Source: Piromyces finnis finn
Lineage: Eukaryota; Fungi; Neocallimastigomycota
Direction of reading: 5' to 3'
Length of the DNA: 64,000 nt
Assembly: GCA_002104945.1 (NCBI GenBank)
Contig: MCFH01000012.1
Span: 434,001 to 498,000, forward strand
Below are positions 1-19,175 of this stretch, in pieces; the first letter of the stretch is position 1, and every line of letters begins with the position of its first letter. The notes under the pieces were generated by a model. It was not told the origin of the DNA. It saw only the letters and a list, made by a program, of their open reading frames with translations, and did not search any database. The translations under genes were made by a program, and so were the position numbers.

Positions 1-174
1 GGTTCATCCCACATCACCTTCCAAAAATGGTATATAGTTCTGCTTACTAAAAATGGCCCAAGTTCAAATTAAGTAACTTAAACTTATTATATAATTTTTT
101 TAAAAAAGAAGAAAAACATTATAATTAGTATATATGTTACATATTTTTAACTTTAATTGTAAATTTGTTGGAAA

Positions 175-227
<53 letters not shown>

Positions 228-596
228 AATAAATAAATAAATAAATATAAATTATATTATAAAAATTAAATTTTAAAATTTACAGAACTTTATTAATTTA
301 TTTAATCATTCATTTACTTTTCAAATAATATTTTTTATTTTACTAATTTACTTTTTTATTTTATTCTTATTTTTATTTTTTTTTATAATCAATTGGAATA
401 AAGAATAATGAAAATCTCTAGTTATTATTAAATAGATATTCCATTCAATTTGAAAATGGTTATTGAAATTAAAAAAAAAAAAAAAAAGAAACATGTATTA
501 AATTAAGAATGGGATATTATAAAAAATATATATAATTATTTTTATTATTATTTTTTGCTCAAATAGTATATAAGTACATACATTGCATTATAATGA

Positions 597-1868
597 TTAT
601 ATAAAAACAATTTGTATTGGAGTAATGTATTTATTTCTTGGCTTGTTTTTTTTTTCAATTTTCGATACAAAATAAATTTCAATTAATTTATCTATATAAA
701 GATAGTAAAGAATGACAAAGGTATTTATTATGGTTCCAATACATCTAAATAAATTTTGAACTACAATTGAAATTCCGTCATTACCGTTAACAATTTCAAT
801 TAATGTTACTGAAGTAACATAAATGTATACTGGAATATTAAGATTCTATTTTTGAACATTTAAGAAATATGATTATTATGAAAAATTATATATAAGACGA
901 ATAAAAAATTATATTTATAGTTCTATAGTTACCTCTTTAAAATCTTTTTTAACATTTCTTATTGAATAAGATAAAATGCATCCGATAAATAATACAATGA
1001 AGTTTAATAAAGTACTATGGAAAAAAAAAAAAAAAAACAATGATATTTAAAATAATATATTTAATATATGGGTATTAATAATATCAATGAGTAGTTTTAA
1101 AAAGATAAAAATATTTTTAACATTCTAATAGCTTAAAACAATTATTAGTTATTACCATAAAGTCATAAATTTTGGATAGACACATTTTTTAAATTCTTTA
1201 AGGTCATTTGTTAGTGAAGATTTATTATCGATCCAATTATTCTTTACGCTTACTACTACTACAGAGATGTAGAATAATACCAATGAAAATACAATGGCAT
1301 ACATAATTTCTATTCTGAGTCCTTTATTTCTATGTGATACAACATTGAAACTTTTTTTTTTTTTTTGTTTGGTTTATAATAATTAAAAAAAAAAAAAAAA
1401 AAAAAAAAGGAAATAAATAAATATTAAATAAATGAATTATTAAATTGTAATATAACTAAATTTATAAAAGTAATCACAAGAATCGATCCAAAAACTAGAG
1501 AAAATCCCTAATTAATTAGTATTTATAAAAAAAGAAAATATTAATAAATATATTTATATATATGTATATGTATATATATTTAAAATATTTTATTATTTAT
1601 TATATTATATCATTATATCAGTAGTATATTTGTTTATTCATTTTATAATTACAATATTATTGAATAAATAAATAAAAATGCAAGTGGTTTTTATATTTTC
1701 AATGGTTAAAGGATATATACGTAGTTAATTAATAATCCAATAAGTATTAATAATAGAAAATCAACGCTTTCTATATTTCCAATAATATAAAATTTTAAAT
1801 ATAATTAATTACTTCATTAATTATTTCATTATCCATTACTACTATAACACTACTACTACTACTACTAC

Positions 1869-1906
<38 letters not shown>

Positions 1907-1993
1907 GTAGTAGTAGTAGTAGTAGTAGTACCTCCTTTAATAGTAGGATTATTTTTTAACATGATAATAGCAATTGATATCATGATAGTAATT
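597..1993 (-). pseudogene. Truncated, frameshifted copy of the 7TM region of the receptor gene at 9779-15675
   Basis: Near-identical to 9865-11240 including introns. It lacks a 26-nt exon end (the KTLRIYK segment present at ~10651-10676), which shifts the frame. It has its own stop at 597-599 after a diverged tail (YIDKLIEIYFVSKIEKKNKPRNKYITPIQIVFI*). The 5' part of the gene is missing, cut at 1993. Confidence 0.85.
683..1993. repeat. Direct ~1.3-kb duplication, copy 1 (partner 9865-11240)
   Basis: Colinear near-identity by direct reading, from ttaatttatctatataaag to catgatagtaatt. Confidence 0.95.
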
Positions 1994-2480
1994 GGATTAG
2001 TAATATATCTGTAAAAGATATTAATGAAAAAATTACTGAAATAATTGAAAAAAATACTGATAATCCATTAAAATGTTCTGATCCTGAATATATGGAAATT
2101 CAAAATAGTTTGAATGAATATAATTTCAAAAGGATTCGAAAAAATACTTTCGATAATGATATGATGGAAATATTTGGAAATGTTTATGTTGCTAATATTA
2201 ATAATAGATTAAGACAATTAGAAAATCCTACAAAAGAAGATTGTCAACGTTGGATATGGGAATTAGTTCAAAATGCCAAAGATAGTATTGCTGATGATAA
2301 AAATAGAAATGAAGTTGATATTGAAGTATTTATTCAAGATAATAAATATATATTTAAACATAATGGTTCACCATTTACAAATAAAACTCTTTCAGCTTTA
2401 CTTTATAAATACAGTAAAGGCAAAGGGTATAGTACAGAAAGTACAGGTCGTTTTGGTACCGGATTCCTTACAACAATTTT
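1994..2480 (+). pseudogene. N-terminal GHKL/HATPase (sacsin/NOV-like) fragment, preceded by a displaced internal fragment of the same protein family
   Basis: GHKL motifs RWIWELVQNAKD (N box), HNGSPF (G1) and TGRFGTGFLTT (G2). The meaningful frame ends at ~2480, where the inverted segment begins. 1994-2145 (ISVKDINEKITEIIEK...) resembles the internal modules. Confidence 0.8.
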
Positions 2481-3600
2481 CTTAATTAAATCACAATTAT
2501 CAGTAATTTCTCCATTAATAATCATTTCTCTAATAGTACTATTTTTCAAAAGTATTAACATCAACTGATTTTCATCGCATTTTTCGCTTAATTCCATAAT
2601 GTTTGTTCTAGTTTCATTATTAAATACAACATTTAATAAGATATTATCTTTTTCTGAAAATACTACTGGAAATATTCTTTGAAGATCTTTCTGATTATCT
2701 TTTAATTCATTAAAATATGATTCAATTAAAATACTGGCGGCTTTAACAAAGTTAGAATCAGGTTGCTTTTTTGGATCATCTTCTATTTCATTCATGTATT
2801 TATCATATTTTTTTATCATCATTTCATCAATCTTTTCACATACATGTTTATAATCTATAATATCTTTTGAATAATATTTTATACAAATATCATTATGAAT
2901 AAGATTATCTCTTATATCAATACCCAAATATTTTAATATATCTTTTAATTCTGTTGGTGAGTTTTCATTTGAACCCTCTTTATATAGATATTCTATTTCA
3001 TTAAACTTTTCTTTTTGATTTGGAATAATTTTTCCTTCTGTAGAAATACTAAGAATAATATTCAAGTATTCATATAATAATTTCTTTTCAAGTTCAAAAT
3101 CTTTAACTAATGATTCAACATCATCATACCTTTTAATAATAATTTTTATTGAATTAAAAATATATTTATTTACATAATACTATAATTCTTCATTTCCATA
3201 TCCATCAATTTCAATTTCAATAGGAATTATTTTACTTTTAATAAATATATTATATATGGAAAAAAAGGTTCTCTGATCATTATTATACTGTATATTTTTA
3301 GGAACAAACCTAATTAAATATTTTGCTGCTTTCTCTTTATTTTCATAAGATATTTCTTGCGATTTAAAACATTCATTTAATTCATTAATATAATTTGATA
3401 TAGTTTTTTCGCTACTTTCAAATAATGTTTCTATTGATGCTAATTTATCATCTATTAATTCATCATTTAAATCTTTTTGGAAGCATTCATGCATACATTT
3501 TTTAAATTCAGGATTAATTTTATCTTTAAATAATTCATTAATCTTACGGAATTTTCCATTTTTATTAGGAACAATAGAATGATTGAAGATTATAAATATT
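2478..3600 (-). pseudogene. Inverted internal segment of the GHKL-DUF3883 protein
   Basis: Intronless coding-like frames (ORFs 2403-3065 and 3180-3494, plus sequence to ~3600) carry two copies of an IxPN(Q/K)xxxFxxIxxLY/F module. There is an in-frame TAG at 3180-3182 and a frameshift. The orientation is opposite to both flanking pieces. Confidence 0.65.
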
Positions 3601-3624
3601 ACTATGATTTATTTACACAAAATG

Positions 3625-4072
3625 AAAAAAACTGGATATAGTGGTGAAGCATATATTTATGAATTATTAATAAATCTTTTAAGATTAGGTAAAATCAAGT
3701 CAGTTGAATAGACAGCATTAAGTAAAAGTGGACATGGAACTAAATTAGATTATAATGGAAAAACATATTATCTAAATCCAGATGGTTCTCATTATGATAT
3801 TGTTGTTGAAACTAATGATTATCGAAAAATATATATTGAAGTTAAATCAACTAAATACAGTTACATTTTTTCTCAATCAAAAACAAATAGACATGATGAA
3901 TAATGCTAAATATCCAAAAGAATATATTTTAACAATAGTTTTTGGAGTATATTGTAATACTAAGCATTTTTTTATGAGCTTAAGAAACAATGTTGTAGAA
4001 AACGATGAAAATCATAAATATATGATTGAAAATAAATTTGGAGAAGATTATTTAACAAAATTTTTACAATAA
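3625..4072 (+). pseudogene. C-terminal DUF3883 (NOV C-terminal, PD-(D/E)xK-like) domain, disrupted
   Basis: Reads TGYSGEAYIYELL...KSVE*...YDIVV...IYIEVKST, then after a frameshift FFLNQKQ...YILTIVFGV. In-frame TAG at 3709-3711. Confidence 0.75.
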
Positions 4073-4095
4073 TTAAAAAGTAATGATGAAATGAA

Positions 4096-4127
<32 letters not shown>

Positions 4128-4397
4128 TAAAAATAAATATTACTTTTTAAATAATATTATTCTATCTTTTATATATAATATAATTTGAAAGAATATTAAT
4201 ATATTTTTTATAATTTTTTAAAGCTTATAATTTCTTTATTTATAATAATGTTAATATATTTCTAAACTATGACAATAATTAATAAAATAATAATATTAAA
4301 AAAAATAAATATTAAAAAATTTTTATTTCAAGTATAAATATTTTGATACTACATTTTAATAAACATAAATCGATGAATAGAAAAAGATAAAGATGAT

Positions 4398-7020
4398 TTA
4401 ATCTAATGAGAGAATTGTATTCAATATTAAAGAATAGACTTTTTCTAAAAAGTTAAGATAATCTTTATTCTTTATTTTAAATAACTTATTAAAGATAGAC
4501 TCTCCACCATTTTTTTTAATATAATTAACCATAGAATAAAATGCTTCTTCCCAACTATAATGATACATGGTAAATAGTGAGTTAATTTCTTTTTTAGCAT
4601 CAGTGAGTTTTAAAATTTGTAAAAGTTGACAATTTCCAAGTAATACATTTATGAATTCGGCATAGATTTGAACTGAATTATCAAATTGAGAAATAATATT
4701 TTTTGGGGATATGTTTTTCTTTAGATGAAGATGTCTTTTATGATAATGTTTTGCGAATGCAATAAAAGTGTTATAATAATTCATGTTATTTTCTTTTAAA
4801 TTATTTTCAATAGAAAAATTGGATAATTTTTTTGGAATGTCTTCTACATGCTTTTTACTTTTCATATAGGTTGATTGATGTAAATAGGAAAATGATAATG
4901 CAGCCACACATGATGCTACAAGAGCTTCGAATTCATAGGTGTGAAGAACCGTTTTGGCATCAGAATTATTTTCTTCATGAGGGATATTCTTTTCATCATT
5001 ATTTTTATAGGTATTATAGAATTGGATATAAAAATCGCTACTACCTTCCGGAACAAAGGAATTATTTTTAATTTTTTCAATTAAATAGAATCGAAGATTA
5101 ATTACTCCTACCATAAGATAATAAGGTAATTTTTTAACTGAATCAATATTACTATGAAAAGTATCTAAATATATAATAAATTTTTCCTCTAGAGTGGTAG
5201 GGAATATTTTTGTTGAATCAATAGGAATGGTTATTTCCTTGTAAACAATTTTATTATTTTCTGTAAAATATTCTAAAATAGAATATTCTTTTTTTTGTAT
5301 TGTATTATTATTAGATTGAGTTTTATTTGTTGGTGTTGCTGTATGGGATATTTTATTTCCTTGATTATTTCTTAATAGTAATAATTCATAAAGTTCAAGT
5401 CTTAGTTTTTTTGTTATTAACCAACAATTTTCCTTATTTAAATTTTCAAAATATTGAGTACATTTATAAAAATGGTTATACAAAACTTTTAAATATAAAT
5501 AAAAAAAAAAAAAGATTCTTTAGTTTAACAATAATTATTATTTCCTTTTTAATTATAAATTATAAATAATAGATAATAGGTATTAAGTGATACATTACCA
5601 TTTAATAATAAATCGTATATTTTACCGTTATAATAACTATGAAGAATATCTTTATTAATACATTTTATATCCGTATATTTTAGTGTTGTTAAGTTATATT
5701 CATTGACTGAATTTACTAAATTGGTATAACACAATTTTTCTAAATCTTCATTTTTTTCCTTATTTTTAAATTTAAATAATTCACTTATAATTAATTTTTG
5801 TTTTTCTTCAACGGAAATATCAGGAGAGGGACATTTTTTATCTACATTTTCTTTAATTTCTAATAAAAATTTTGAAATTCTAATATATTTATTTTCTTCA
5901 TTATTACTCTTGATATCATCACTTTTATTATAATGATTTATTTGACGTAATAAAGCTGAATATTTGCTTGGTGTAAAATAGTCATTACCACATAAAGTTG
6001 CAAATACTGGTAAATATTCTTTTGGAATTCCCAAATATTCGGTAAGAGCGGTATTTTTATAGACTTTATAAAATATTTCTCCAGGGTTTTTATTAAAATT
6101 AAATCTTAATGATTCTATATTTATATACCCTGGTATATCATAGATATAAAAGTCAGAATCATTACTAATAACATAACTTTTTTTGTTTTTTATCAAATAA
6201 TATATATTTTTTTAAAAAAAAGTATTTTAGTTATGAATAATACATACTAATGAATAAATAAATAAAAAAAGTGTTTTGGTTTTAAATGGTATGAATAGTA
6301 TTTAGCTAATAAAAATAATAGCTAATAAAAATATAAAAATTTTATCTTACCCATTATATTTTTTGGCTAAATATGCAATATCAGAATCGGCTTCAAATAA
6401 AGAAAGTCTTACATCAAGTTTTTTTAAATAATACTTTGCATCAAATAAATATTGAGCATAAGCAATTTTTAATAATGGTGTAGCACAAACCTTTTCTGGT
6501 TTTAAGAAGCCATTCTTTTTTTTATTTGATGTAACAATTTTATTATAAAATTTTTTAATAGATTTAACTCTTTTATCTGCCCTACCTAAGTTTGTATTTT
6601 TTTTAATATCAGTATCCATACCATCAAATACAAAGAATATCTTTTCAAGATTATTGATAGATAATAATTGAAAAAGATACTATATAGTAATTAAAAAAAA
6701 AAAAAAGAAACAATTTATTTAGAAAAAAATCAAACCCTTTTGAATCGTGAAAAATATTATTTATATAGAATAATTAATACCTCTTTTAGTAACTTGAAAA
6801 AAGAAATATTATCAAAAACAAACCAATTTATCTTATTTGCTAAGTAATAAAAAAAGGAGTTTGCATCAATAATTAAATTTAATTCATTTTTTTTATTCTT
6901 ATTATCCATAGTGTATTTATTATTATTTAATCGGTAGTATTCCTTTTTGTCTATATTCCAGTGAGAATGTTCGAATTTTATATTTTTTGTTATAAAAGTA
7001 TTAAGTTTCATTACACCCAT
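4398..7020 (-). CDS. Asteroid/ASTE1-like XPG-family PIN-domain nuclease (about 4 exons)
   Basis: Spliced motifs MGVMKLNTF, LIIDANSF, VFDG, FEADSDIAYLA, VISNDSDFYIY and FATLCGNDY are the XPG/PIN acidic active-site set. GT-AG introns link the ORF pieces. Confidence 0.85.
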
Positions 7021-8051
7021 TTTTAAAAATATCAAAATTTTTTTTAATATAATAATAATAGAATTTAGAAAAAGATATTCTTTCAACTTATATATTTTCC
7101 TTTGGATATTTAAAGAAAAATAGGTCCGTCAGTAGAATAATAAAAAAAAAAAAAAGTATAAATTGACTATTAAGAAAGAAATTGATATGAAATTAATATG
7201 TCTAGCTACATATTAGCCAATATTTAAAATAATTTTTATTATTTAAAATATTCAATTTCATCTATAAAAATTTATATATAATATTTCATAATAATAATAT
7301 AATAATTGATATATATTATAATACATTATTTATATATTAGTTATACAATTAATGTACATATTTCATTATATTCTTAAATATTAATATTATATATTAGTAT
7401 TAATTTTATTGTAATACTTATTTGTATTACATTACCTTTCCTTATATAGTAATATTTCATATAAAATGTAAAATATATTATACTATATCCTATTTAATTA
7501 TTATTCATATATTATGAATACATTACATTATATAATTGATATTCAATTATATTATAGGAATTTTATAATATAAAAATATTCATGTAAAAATAATTAATAA
7601 TTAGAAAGGGAAGAGCTTTAATAATTAATAAGAAAATATTATAAGTGAAATTATTAATAAGAGCGAAGTTAATAGTAATAAAATATTTTTCACCTAATAT
7701 AATAAATTATAAATAAACTAATATTAAATTACTACAACATAAAAGAAACTTATATCAAAATATTGGTCATTAGAAAATTCTTTTATTTTTTGTTCTATTT
7801 TATTATAAAAGTTTTTAAACATGTATTTTAAACTTTTTTGATTAAATATTAAAAAAAAGTTTAATATATAAAAATATTAATACATTTTTTATTCCTATTT
7901 CTTTATATTTGATTTTATAAATAATATTTAAATTTAAATATTTATAGTAAATGAAATTTACTTGTTGTAAATGCATTTTCTATTTAAAATAAAACTTTTT
8001 CAAGATTAATTCCACTATATAAAAAGTTTTTTTATAATTATTGCACTTAAT

Positions 8052-8197
8052 TTTCTTCTGGTTAAAAAACCTGGCTAAATCCTTAAAAAATCTAGGATAT
8101 ATTAAGTATTCTGGGAGATCTTTGCCTGAAAATCCTGGTAATACTTAAATTTCTTCTGGTTAGAAACCCTGGATAAATCCTTAAAAAATCTAGGATA
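8052..8197. repeat. Two ~48-bp imperfect direct repeats around a short inverted repeat
   Basis: tttcttctggtta.aaa.cctgg.taaatccttaaaaaatctaggata occurs at ~8052 and ~8150. The spacer is bounded by ttaagtatt...aatacttaa. Confidence 0.7.
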
Positions 8198-9778
8198 ATA
8201 TATACATCATCTTTTATAATTATTGTATCAAAGAAAATAAATCTTTACCGATGTTATAAAGTACAATAATAACATTTAAAACTTTAATTTTATATTTGAA
8301 TACAAAAAATTAATTTATTTATAAAGATTATGAAAAAAAAAAAGATAAAATATTTATATTTATTTATTCAAAGAATAAAAAGACAACTTTCTTTAAATCA
8401 AAAGTACTTTTTTTTTTAATACTATAAAAAACTATACAGATAAAGGCAAATATACATAAAAAAAATTAATAATAAACCTTTCAGGTCTAGATCTCCTCTT
8501 AAATAGTAATGATTATATATAATAAAATAAAAATGAAATATATAAAAAGATGCTATTTTATAAAGTTTAATGAAAATTGTACGACATTAAAACACATTTT
8601 TTAAAAAAAAAAGTTTTAAAATATTATTTTTTTTAACTACTTCTGCATTATCAACACTTTATAATAAGATCAACATTTATAGTTTAGTGGTGTTGGATTA
8701 AATAGTTTATGATAGCAACTAAAGATTGTTTTTACTCAAAATAACATTATACTTTTTCTTTTTCATACCATTAGAAAAAGTGAGTATGGAAAAGTTAGGC
8801 ATACATCCTATATTTCATTTTCCTTTTTTTTTTTTTTAAATTAGTATTATGTTAATACTTCATATCACTCTATTATGTTATTATTACTTTGGGTTAGTCC
8901 GTTAGAATTTATTTATAAAAAAAATAATAATAATAATAATAATCTATTAATAAATAATATTTATTAATTGATTTATAATCCTTATTATTTCTTCTTCTAT
9001 GGCAATGGTTGTTTGCTGGTTTGTTTATGGACACATATTTTTATTTAGTAGTATCATATATTTATGAACACACGTGTTTACATTATAAAAACATAAACAT
9101 GTATTAAAAATGTTTTAAACGTAATGTTTACATATGTTTTATTTTATGATCACATGACTTTACCACATTCTCTAAATGTAATATTTACAATAACTTTTTC
9201 TCTTGATTAATCTTATTAGTATTAATTAAATTTATTTCACAATAATAATAATAATAATAGTAATAGTAATAGTAATAGTAATAGTAATAATAATAATAAT
9301 AATAATTGTTAATTATTTAATTTAATTTTGTATTTTATTTATTAATTATTAATAAGAAAAAGAGGCTATTATTAAATGAAAATAAAATAGGTGAAATTTA
9401 TATGTCAAGGGTATGCATACATTAATGAAGTCTACATTAAATCTATGCTTACATAAAATAATGTTATTAACATAAATAATGCTAATTATACATAGAAATA
9501 TTTATTTGTATGATATCACGTGTATATTGATTATTTAACTATAATAATAATAATAATAATTAGAATATTTTTTTTCAATTTTAGTCACGGGATAAATATA
9601 ATAAAATATATGTTAATTAATGGGATTTCAATTATAAATTATATATTTAATAATTATTTATTATTATTTTAGATATAAATAGTAAATACAACTTTTTAAG
9701 TGTTCTAATATTAAGTAATAGTATTGTATTATTTTTATGCATATTTTTTTAAAATAAAATAAAAAAGAAAAATAAAAA

Positions 9779-15675
<5,897 letters not shown>

Positions 15676-18600
15676 ATTAATAGTAACCAAATATAAAGTT
15701 AATGTGTTAACTTGTTCTGTGATTTTCTTGAAGTTTCATAAAATAATATCAAATTATAATTATATCAATTAATACAATAAATGATATTGTCTTTTTTTCT
15801 ATCTTTTTTTTTTATTGTTTTTATTTTCTGTTTTCTATTAATAATGATTATTTAATAAATATTATTGAAATATAAAAACTTTTTAAATTTAAAAAACAAA
15901 AAAGAAAAAGTTATTAAATTTAATAACTAAAATTATAATTATAAAAGCTAAAATAATAATAGTATCCAAAAGTTTCTTTATTTTAAATAGTTAATTTTAT
16001 TTTTTTTTCCACTAAATAAATATTAACTTTTTTTTCATATAAACTAAAATTCCACTTAATATAAACTTTTTTTTTTTTAAATATTAACTATAAGATTATT
16101 ATAGTTGAGATTTTAATAAATAAATAAAAAATAAAAACTTTCAGAATATTTTAAATTGCTTTTAATTATTATTAAAAACCAAATTTATTAATATTTAAAA
16201 AAAATTATGAAATTGGAAAATAATAATTAATTATTATTTTTTTTTTCTACAAGGTTTAAAAACTTTAATATAAGTAATAATAATAATTTTAAAAATATTA
16301 ATACACAATAGAATATTAATCTTTACATCTTTTTATAAAAATAATTATTTATACTCTAATTGATTGATTAAAAATTGACAAAGATATTATTTCATCTTAA
16401 GATATACTTTATCTTTTTTTTTTTTAAAGGATCATTATACAACTTAATAAAATGTTTAAAATTATAAATATTTTTTTTTTCACTTTTTATTTACAATTGG
16501 TTATCATTTCAAACACTTAATTTTGTTGTTTATATTCTTTTTCTTATTTTTTTCTTTTTTTCATTAATATTTAAAATACATTATAAACTATTTTGAATTA
16601 TCAATTCATTATTTTAAAATTTAATTTTGGTTTTTTAAAGGTTTATTATATCTGTTATATTTCAGTAATAATAAAAATATATAAAGTTTTGATTTTGGAA
16701 TAAGAATACAAATATATTAATCATAATAATAATAATAATTTTATTACAAAATAAAGAAATTGAACGGATAATCAAAATCTCAAAAGTTTATTTAATATTA
16801 ACTACATTATATTTTAAAAAGACAAACTTTTTATAAAGAAAAAAAGGAATATTTAAAGTAAAACTAAGAAATCTTTAATATTGAGTTCGCACTCTACATT
16901 TTTATGGGAACCTTTTTAAAATCTTTTTTATTTTTTAATTATAAACTTTAATAATTATAAAAATTAAATTAATTTATTTTGTTTACAAAAAAAAAATATA
17001 TTAATTAATTTATTTAATCATTCATTTACATTTTAATAGAAAAGAAAAGATATTTTTATATTAATTCATCATATTTATAGCTAAATTATGAACTGCTCAA
17101 TTTACTCTATAGATGTATAACAGTTAAGGAACATTTTTCATAATAAAAATATTGTCATTATTAACACTCTTTATGATAGAATGATATATATTATATATAT
17201 TTTATTCAATAATTACTTATTGATTTAATTATTTATTTATTCATTTATTTATTTATCTTGAAAAGCTTTAGAAAATTCTAATTTGAATTCAAACTTTATT
17301 GTTTATAATTTTGACTTTTATATTAAAATATATTATAAATATTATACATTAATATATATTAGATTATAGTTTTATATATTATAATAATTTATTATAAATA
17401 AATTAAAAAAATAGTATCAATTTTTAATTTATCAATAATGTCAATAATACTAAACTATTTATATTAAAAATGATTTTAAATATATTGTAATATTGTAATA
17501 TATTGTATACATTTTGTATAATGTATACGTTAACTATGCATTTTAAATTTTTAGATAAGAACACTTTTTATTATTAAAATATTAAATATTATATTTTAAA
17601 TAGAATTGCTATCTAAATTCTACCTTTTTGAAACCTTGAACCATTATCAATGCATGAAAAAAAATAAAAAGAAAAATCAATAATATGAAAAATAAAAGTA
17701 ATATCTAGTACAGGAAAGAATTTAAAAAATTTTTTTTAGTATTTTTAAATTTAAATGAATATTTGGTTAATTACTTTTATAATAAACTTTATCAGAAAAT
17801 ACAATTGTCCATAGCACCTTTAAAAACTTGGTGAAAGAAAACAAATATATATATAGCCAATTTGTCCTTTTTATTTTTAGTTGTTGTTGTTGATTACTAG
17901 GTCAAACGAACGAATGAAGGATTTTTTAAATCTCAGTGGCTGATATTTTTTTTATATGTGAATTTCATTAAAAGTTTTATATTTTTTAAATTTGTTTCGA
18001 ATTTTAATACTTATTAAATATCGGTTTTTTTTTTTTTTTTTTTTTTTTTTTGAGAGAGAAAAGAATCGTGTTATTTTTTATAGGCATAATGATTTTTTTA
18101 TGGTATTGGGCCATTATCATCATTATTTTCAACTATTATTAATAAAGTAGTTAACCATTATCACCGCCAATAACTTTCTTTTTTTTTTTTTTTTGGTGGG
18201 GTTGTTTTAATAAATTCATTTTTAAATTAAAAATTATTATTTATTTATATTAATTTAAATTTTTAAAAAAAATTTTTTTTTTTCCTTTCTTTATAAAAGA
18301 AGAAGAAATGAATATCAATTGAAGGATTTCAAACTATTTTTATTAATATTATTGTTATTTTAAAGACTCACATTGATAATATAAAACTAAATAATTGAGA
18401 AATATTTATTATATTTTCTTTTTAAATAATTTCAAAATAAAAAAAAAAAGCATAAATTTTATTATTATTTATTTAAGAATTTAATGTAATTTTAGAATTG
18501 GTTGAATTATATTAAATAAAGTATACATTAACTTTATAATAAAAGAATACTAGGTAATGAATATAATAAAAGATAAATTTTATTTAATTAAAGAAATCAA

Positions 18601-19175
18601 TATATAAAATATATTACTAATTATTTATCTATTTACGTTATATTTAAATTACTTATTTATCTCCCGATGACTAATAAATGTTTATAAAGAATTACTTTTT
18701 TTATATATATATACAATAAAATTAAATTTTATTTTATAATTATATTCCTATCGAGTAAAATTATTCATTTCATAATAAATAATAATAATATAATCGATTT
18801 ATTATTATCATTTTATAAAATAATAGAAAAAAGTCAATTTCATATATAATAAAATAATTGCCATAAAATTTTTGATATTCTACAGATAATACAATATATG
18901 GTGAAAAAAAAGTAATATATATAATATTCTTCTCACTGTACAGTTTAATAATATTTATTTGAGAGAAATAATTATATATAGTTATCAAATGTTTAAAAAA
19001 TAAACTATTTTAAAAATTTAATTTGAAGAAATCTGAAAATATAAAAAAAATCAAAAAAAAAACTATTATATATATAGTATAACCATCTTTAAAACGGATG
19101 TAAAGATAATTTATTGTAATCATAAAAAAAAGACAATATATATAATACTTATAACAAAATAAATTTAATAAAAAA

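Noticed and set aside
1-50. Minus-strand frame SRTIYHFWKVMWDEP, resembling the protein tyrosine phosphatase motif T..DFW.M.W
   Set aside because: Only about 15 codons at the window edge, with no supporting upstream exon found.
2092-2568. ORF-track 158-aa ORF as an intact gene
   Set aside because: It is a chimera of a displaced internal fragment, the GHKL N terminus and antisense read-through of the inverted segment.
3180-3711. RIP-like mutation suggested by two TGG-to-TAG stops
   Set aside because: Two events only. TGG-to-TAG is a common nonsense change, and the repeated LINE and receptor copies show no heavy C-to-T skew by eye.
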